Source of the DNA: Polyangiales bacterium
GTDB lineage: Bacteria; Myxococcota_A; Polyangia; Polyangiales; Polyangiaceae
Direction: 5' to 3'
DNA length: 64,000 nt
Assembly (NCBI GenBank): GCA_038230375.1
Contig: JBBRNJ010000003.1
Span: 157,926 to 221,925, forward strand
Positions 57,145-64,000 of this stretch are shown piece by piece. The position numbers and the translations under genes were made by a program. The notes under the pieces are model-generated. The model ran no database searches and was not told the DNA's origin. It saw only the letters and a program-made list of their open reading frames with translations. Position 1 is the stretch's first letter, and each line of letters starts with the position of its first letter.

Positions 57145-58902
57145 CTAGTTGATCGTGATCGACTTGCCCACTTTGACGGGGGAGCCGCTGAACGGGGGCA
57201 CGTGCGCCCCGCGGAACTTGCCGGCGATGCAGCCGCCCACCGGCGTGCCCGCGTACGGGGGCTGATCGACGACCGCCGTCTGCACGTTGCCATCTGGTCC
57301 GAACGTGATCTGGACGTGACCCGAGCCCGTGGGCCCGTCCGGCTTCTTGCAGGACTGGTAGTTCACGCCGCCGATCGCCGCGGCTGCAGCGCCACGATCG
57401 AACGGCGAGGTGCCACCGGCCGGGGCTGCTGGCGCAGGCGTACCGCCACCACCAGCGGACTTGCGCATCTCGTCCTCGAGGGTTCCGCCAGCCTTGGGGG
57501 GCGTGGGCGGCGTGGGGTTGGCCGGAGGGCTACCGCCACCACCAGGATCGGGGTTGAACTTTGGCGGCGGGTTGCCTCCACCCGACGCGGCCTTCGGCGG
57601 CGTGGTCGGCTGACCGGCCTTCGTGTTCTGCCCGGGCAGCGTTGCCTGGGTCGTGGTGTCCGCCGGCGCCGCGCTGGGCGCTGCAACGGCGGACGTGGGA
57701 GGCGCAGCGCCGCCCGTGGCCATCGTGCCGGGGTTCGTGGTGGGATCCATCATCGCGATGCTTGCGCCGGGGATGGGACCACCATTCGTGTTCGCACCAG
57801 GTCCGGTCTGCGTACCCGGACGGAGCAAGATGACCGCTGCGATGATCGCGACCGCGATCAGACCACCAGCGCCGAGGAGACCGATGAGCAAGGTCTTGTT
57901 GCCCTTGTTCTCCGAATCGCCTCCGTAGCCAGGCTGGCCAGGGATGTCCGCCATGGGAGGGGGAGCAAGGATCGGTGCCGCAAGCGCAGCGCCGAACGCG
58001 CCGCCGCCCGACAGGTTCATGATGTCGTCGACGTGGTTCTTGCCGGACGTTGCGCCGCTGGACATGTTCGCGCTGAGCGCGCGGATGTCGATGAGGCCCG
58101 AGCCATCCGCCTGCGCGGTGGTGCGATCCTTCGGTGCCGGCGGAGGTCCGCCCTTCGAGTCCGTGAGCGCGGAGAGCGAGAAGAGCACGCTGTTCTCGTT
58201 GCGCTGACCTGTGAGCTTCTCGTCGACTGCGGCCCCGCCGCCGCCGAGCCCGGCGCCGATCCCGCCCAGGCCGCCGCCCTTCGCTGCGATCTCTTCTTCG
58301 CCGCCAGCTTGCGCGACGCCGCCGAAGAGGTCCGCACCGCCACCGCCACGACCGCCCGCGCGGCGCGCCGCTGCAGGCTGCGGAGAGGCATCTCCGGTGT
58401 CGCCGCCGCCGAAGAGCGCAGCGCCGTTGCCGTTCACGTGACGCTCCTCCGTGGGAGCTTCGCCGCCGCCGCCGAAGAGGCCTGCGCTGCCCATGGCGCC
58501 CAGGTTGGAGTCAGCGCCGTGGAGCGATGGCTGCGGGCCCACGCTGGCCGCGCCGTAGAGCTGGTCGATCTCGCGGAGCGGAAGCCAGTCCGCCATGCCG
58601 TCCTTCCAGCAGTACGTCTCGTCGGTGATGACGCCAGCGCGGTACTCCTTCACGATCTCCGCGGCGAGCATGGTCCGCTGGTCGCCGTCGGCGACGTTCA
58701 CGGTCCACTGCTCGTTGGAGGCGGGGCCGGTGAAGTCGAGCACGCCGCCACCTTCTTGCGGTGCCTCAGCGCCCTGCGACTCATTCCCGTTGATGACGAT
58801 CGTCGCGCTGCACTTCTTGCAGCGGATCTTGACGACCTTCCCGAGCACCTTCTCGTCGGCGATGGTGTACTTGGCCTGGCACGACTGACACGCAATCTTC
58901 AT
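57145..58902 (-). CDS. Zinc-ribbon (MJ0042-type) + GYF_2 + TM + TonB_C-like protein (GltJ/AgmX-like)
   Basis: MKIAC.SC.AKY.IADEKV.GK..KIRCKKC; TYCWKDGMADWLPL; R.ENSVLFSL; SGLIDIR; C-term SC....G.V.ITF...G.V...GCI...F.....PPFSG. Confidence 0.85.
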   Translation of the reverse strand: MKIACQSCQAKYTIADEKVLGKVVKIRCKKCSATIVINGNESQGAEAPQEGGGVLDFTGPASNEQWTVNVADGDQRTMLAAEIVKEYRAGVITDETYCWKDGMADWLPLREIDQLYGAASVGPQPSLHGADSNLGAMGSAGLFGGGGEAPTEERHVNGNGAALFGGGDTGDASPQPAAARRAGGRGGGGADLFGGVAQAGGEEEIAAKGGGLGGIGAGLGGGGAAVDEKLTGQRNENSVLFSLSALTDSKGGPPPAPKDRTTAQADGSGLIDIRALSANMSSGATSGKNHVDDIMNLSGGGAFGAALAAPILAPPPMADIPGQPGYGGDSENKGNKTLLIGLLGAGGLIAVAIIAAVILLRPGTQTGPGANTNGGPIPGASIAMMDPTTNPGTMATGGAAPPTSAVAAPSAAPADTTTQATLPGQNTKAGQPTTPPKAASGGGNPPPKFNPDPGGGGSPPANPTPPTPPKAGGTLEDEMRKSAGGGGTPAPAAPAGGTSPFDRGAAAAAIGGVNYQSCKKPDGPTGSGHVQITFGPDGNVQTAVVDQPPYAGTPVGGCIAGKFRGAHVPPFSGSPVKVGKSITIN

Positions 58903-59161
58903 CGGACGACCGTCCCTTCGAGAGCACTCGGACAGCGCGGGCCCGATTCCGGACCGGCGCTCACGCATGAGGAAGTATAGCGGGCCTCGTTTTTTACGAT
59001 CAAGCTCGCCAACGAAATTACGAAACAGCTTGGAGAAAGTTCTTTTGCTTGACCCAGCATCCCAGGCACGCTGGCGACCTGGGTCGTGAGAGTTGGACGC
59101 CGGCGTGGTCCCGATGGTTGGCGAAAAGATGAACCGTGGCCAACGTCGTTTCTCCCTTGCA

Positions 59162-60826
59162 TCAGTTCAGTAGTACCAGGGCAGTCCCATCCTTGCCGCA
59201 GAAGGCCGCCCCACCTTCGAAACGACCACCACAGGTCGGGCAGATCTTGGCGTGACCGGGGCGATCCTTCGCGCCGGCCTGCGCGGCCTGTGCTGCGTAA
59301 GGAATTAGCTCTTCGCCGTCGATCGGGCACACTTTCTTGCCAGGATCGAACCCGCGCTTGCACGCCGGGCAGATGGATCCGGTCGAGAGAGACCGTGCCT
59401 CGCTGGCCGCCTGGAGCCGGTTGCCGTCGTGTGGGCAAAAGAGCGACCCCGGCGGATATTCACGCTTGCAGGCCGAGCAAACCAGGCCCTCCGGGCTCGC
59501 TCCTGCCTGCCCTGGACCGGCCGCGGGTGCGGCTATGGCGGGTGCGGCTGCGCGGGCCTTCAAGACCGCCTCGGACGCCGCCTTCTTACTCGCCTCGTGG
59601 GCCGACAGCTCCGACTCGTACTTCTCGCGCTGCGCCCGCCGCTTTGCCTCGGCGACGCGAACGCGCTCTGCGTGACGCTCCTCCAGCTCCGCCTCGAGCT
59701 TCTTCGCACGCTTCGAGCGCCGGAAGACGACGAGCCACACGACCGACAGCGCGATCGCGAGCGCAGCGACGATGCCCGCGAACACGAGGCGCCGCTTTCC
59801 CGCGCCGTCCTCCGCGCGCGCCTCGCCACCGCCGATGCTCTGCGTCGCGATGATGGTGATCGCGGCGTTCTCGTTCTCGCCCTTTGCGTTGAGACCAGAG
59901 CGCGCGAGGAGCTCGTCGTACTGAGAAGGCGAGGTCAGCTCCACAGTGACGCGCGTGCTCTTGCCGGCGGCGCCCACTGCTGTGGCGACCAGGTCCACCG
60001 TGCCGAGCGCCGCGCTGTCCGCGACGGTCACCTTGCCGCCGGGCTCCACCGTGAGCTTGGTCTTGTCGTCGGCGTTGGCGAGCGAAAACGACACGTTTTG
60101 CCCTGTCGCGCAGCCCTGCACGTCGACGACGACACCGCGAAATGCAAACGACTCCCCCGTGCGAAGAAGCTTGCGAGACGGCCGGACCTCGAGGCGCGCG
60201 GCCTCTCCCGGCTGCGAGCAATCCACCTTGGGTGCGGGGGGCGGCTTGTCGGCCGTGGGCGCAGCGGTGGGCGCCACGACGGGCGCCGCGGTGGGGACGG
60301 GATCCGCGCCGTCGCGCTTGATGAGATCGAAGCTACGTGAGCGACGCACGTCTGCGATGCAGTGGCCCTCCGCGAGCGCGACCTCGTAGCGTCCGGTCTC
60401 CACCACATCGATGTGGGAGTCGCTGGTGGCGGCGACGAGCGTCTGCAGGAGCGTACGGCGCGGATCGCCTTCGGGCGTGGTGCAGTTGGTTCGCCACGAG
60501 CGGCCGGATGCATCGCGCTGGTGGGTGGAGCGGACCAGGCTCGGGATCTGATCGTAGCAACCGTTCGTCTTGAAGACGCGGCCGCCCCCCACGAAGGAGA
60601 GCTCGTCACCCTCTTGCGTGATCTTGATCGTCTCACCGCCGCCGCTGGAGCCTGACTGCGGCGCGGGGCCGCACCCGGAGAGCCACTGCTGCACGGTGAA
60701 CTCCTCGCGCAGCGGGCCCTGCTTCCAGCTGCCGTCGAACGGCGAGTCAGCCGAAGCGGGCGCTGCGATCGCGAGCAAGAGGAAGCCCACAGCGAGGCCG
60801 GCGATGGAGGTACGAGACGTTCCCAC
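59162..60826 (-). CDS. Membrane protein: exported N-domain, Ig-like domain, TM, coiled coil, three C-terminal CxxC..CPxDG zinc ribbons
   Basis: Signal ASA-DS; TM LVFAGIVAALAIALSVVWLVVF; CSAC..FCPHDG, CPAC..VCPIDG, CPTC..FCGKDG. Start chosen at GTG 60826. Confidence 0.8.
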   Translation of the reverse strand: MGTSRTSIAGLAVGFLLLAIAAPASADSPFDGSWKQGPLREEFTVQQWLSGCGPAPQSGSSGGGETIKITQEGDELSFVGGGRVFKTNGCYDQIPSLVRSTHQRDASGRSWRTNCTTPEGDPRRTLLQTLVAATSDSHIDVVETGRYEVALAEGHCIADVRRSRSFDLIKRDGADPVPTAAPVVAPTAAPTADKPPPAPKVDCSQPGEAARLEVRPSRKLLRTGESFAFRGVVVDVQGCATGQNVSFSLANADDKTKLTVEPGGKVTVADSAALGTVDLVATAVGAAGKSTRVTVELTSPSQYDELLARSGLNAKGENENAAITIIATQSIGGGEARAEDGAGKRRLVFAGIVAALAIALSVVWLVVFRRSKRAKKLEAELEERHAERVRVAEAKRRAQREKYESELSAHEASKKAASEAVLKARAAAPAIAAPAAGPGQAGASPEGLVCSACKREYPPGSLFCPHDGNRLQAASEARSLSTGSICPACKRGFDPGKKVCPIDGEELIPYAAQAAQAGAKDRPGHAKICPTCGGRFEGGAAFCGKDGTALVLLN

Positions 60827-60978
60827 GGCGCCAGCGTACCAAGACGGCGGGCGAAAGCGAAAACACGACGCGATGCCCGATGCACGATGCGCACGACGCG
60901 AACGATCGATGAACGGGGGCTCTTTCGACGTCGGATATTGGCGTAGACCCACCCCGATCGTGGTAGCCTCGCTTCGAT

Positions 60979-62937
<1,959 letters not shown>

Positions 62938-62948
62938 GGCGCCGCGTC

Positions 62949-63674
62949 GTGACGCGCGGAGCGATCTGCGCGTCTACCATTCTGCTCGTGGGGCTGCTCC
63001 TTCGCCCGGCGTCCGCGCATGCATGCGGTGTATCGGGTGTGGGTGGTCAGGCGAGCGCGGCGTGCGCGCTGGAGCTTCCGGAACAGAAGCGCGTGTCGGC
63101 GGCATACACGTACACGAACACGGCGCTCACGTTCACCGGGGACCAGCGCGCGACCGCCACGCGTCATGCGGTCTCTGCGTCCGTGGCGTTCCCGCTGAGC
63201 AAGAGGTTCGTCCTGGAGGGCGCGATCGGCGGCCTGGCCGGCGGCACGCTCTCGCTGAACCATGTAGATTACAACTTTCGTCCCGGCTTCCTGGTGGGCG
63301 CGAGCGCGACGTACGTCTTCGTGCCCGAGGGCAAGTGGATGCCGTCGGTGCTCGCGTCAGCGACAATTGCAGGCCTCTTCGCCAGCACCAGCGCCCGCAG
63401 CGAGGCCACGCAGGACTTCAACGCGTTCGACCTCCGCGTCGGTGGAGCAGCAGGCAAGCACGTGACGAAGGAGTGGTCGTTCTTCGCGCTGGCCCGTGCG
63501 TTCGGCGGTCCGATCTACTGGCGCGCGGGCGGCGAATCCGTCACCGGCACCGATCGGTATCACTACCAGGTGGGGCTAGGCACAGCCTACTCCCTGGGCC
63601 CCGCCCACCTCTTCGCAGAAGGCATCCCCCTAGGAGAGCAAGCCGTAACCGTAGGCGGAGGAGCCGCCTTCTAG
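62949..63674 (+). CDS. Putative outer-membrane beta-barrel protein
   Basis: Signal AHA-C; amphipathic strands; ends VTVGGGAAF. Confidence 0.65.
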   Translation: MTRGAICASTILLVGLLLRPASAHACGVSGVGGQASAACALELPEQKRVSAAYTYTNTALTFTGDQRATATRHAVSASVAFPLSKRFVLEGAIGGLAGGTLSLNHVDYNFRPGFLVGASATYVFVPEGKWMPSVLASATIAGLFASTSARSEATQDFNAFDLRVGGAAGKHVTKEWSFFALARAFGGPIYWRAGGESVTGTDRYHYQVGLGTAYSLGPAHLFAEGIPLGEQAVTVGGGAAF

Positions 63675-63708
63675 CGAGCTCCGAACCAACCTCATTCCCC
63701 AACCCACG

Positions 63709-63853
63709 AGAAGGCCGGATGGTCTTCGTCGAGACCGAGCGATGGGCGCGTTTTCTCGGGAGGAGCGCGCGCAACGACCTCCCGGTCGTGAGCACGCACC
63801 GGACCGAAAAACGCGTCCAGCGCGAAGGTATCGGCGAAGACCGCCGGCCTTCT
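63709..63853. repeat. 145-nt rod-like structured intergenic element, copy 2
   Basis: Closed by AGAAGGCCGG/CCGGCCTTCT; homologous to 27975-28119. Confidence 0.9.
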
Positions 63854-63863
63854 AGCCTTCTCC

Positions 63864-64000
63864 TGCTTGTCCGGTTGTTTCAGCAAGACCCTGCCGGTAG
63901 TATGGGGTCTTGCCCAGGCCATCGTTTCCAGCAAACTTGCGGGAATTTCAGGCTCGCTTCGCGGGCGAAGAGGCGTGTGCGCAGTACCTGGCGGCCTGCC
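63864..64000 (+). mobile_element. Left end of an IS1595-family insertion sequence (partial)
   Basis: Candidate terminal IR TGCTTGTCCGGTTGTTTCAGCAAG (boundary approximate), followed by a transposase start at 63910. Confidence 0.65.
63910..64000 (+). CDS. IS1595-family transposase, N-terminal 30 aa (runs off the window)
   Basis: Translated by hand from TTG: MPRPSFPANLREFQARFAGEEACAQYLAAC, matching the L.EF..RF..EE.C..YL...RWP lead-in to the IS1595 zinc ribbon. Confidence 0.75.
   Translation, partial: MPRPSFPANLREFQARFAGEEACAQYLAAC

Noticed and set aside
63666..63856. GCCTTCTAGC direct repeat flanking rod copy 2, as a target-site duplication
   Set aside because: The right copy is mostly the element's own conserved end, the left is a Phe-stop gene end, and copy 1 has no equivalent duplication.
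63692..63934. 80-aa minus-strand ORF at the right end
   Set aside because: Spans the rod element and the IS end; the plus-strand transposase reading explains the region better.

Overview
High-GC chromosomal window from a myxobacterium. Gene repertoire and protein style point to Polyangiales (Polyangiaceae/Labilithrix-like); this is inferred, not database-checked. Housekeeping genes (purQ, purL, scpA-scpB, a divergent lpxK, rpmH-rnpA-yidD-yidC-jag) are mixed with many lipoproteins, three Ser/Thr kinases, two TraB-like OmpA/TSP3 proteins, a GltJ/AgmX-like protein, an orphan SctT/FliR, a LuxE-LuxC pair, an ECF sigma module and the left end of an IS1595-like element at the right edge. Main observations: (1) a 145-nt rod-like intergenic element present twice (27975-28119, 63709-63853), gap-free and 118/145 identical, with 20 of the 27 differences forming 10 compensatory base-pair changes; (2) two copies of a lipoprotein / kinase with C-terminal CDPPY..C motif / 4-Cys PEGA-like partner module; (3) an ECF sigma and its anti-sigma separated by a Fis-type HTH gene, with back-to-back GAAAC-N16-CGT promoters; (4) several lesions or oddities (thiolase catalytic Cys to Ser, a frameshifted lipoprotein, an internally deleted DUF1348 gene, a degenerate LpxK P-loop). 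No rRNA, tRNA or CRISPR array was recognised. All family calls come from reading motifs by eye.
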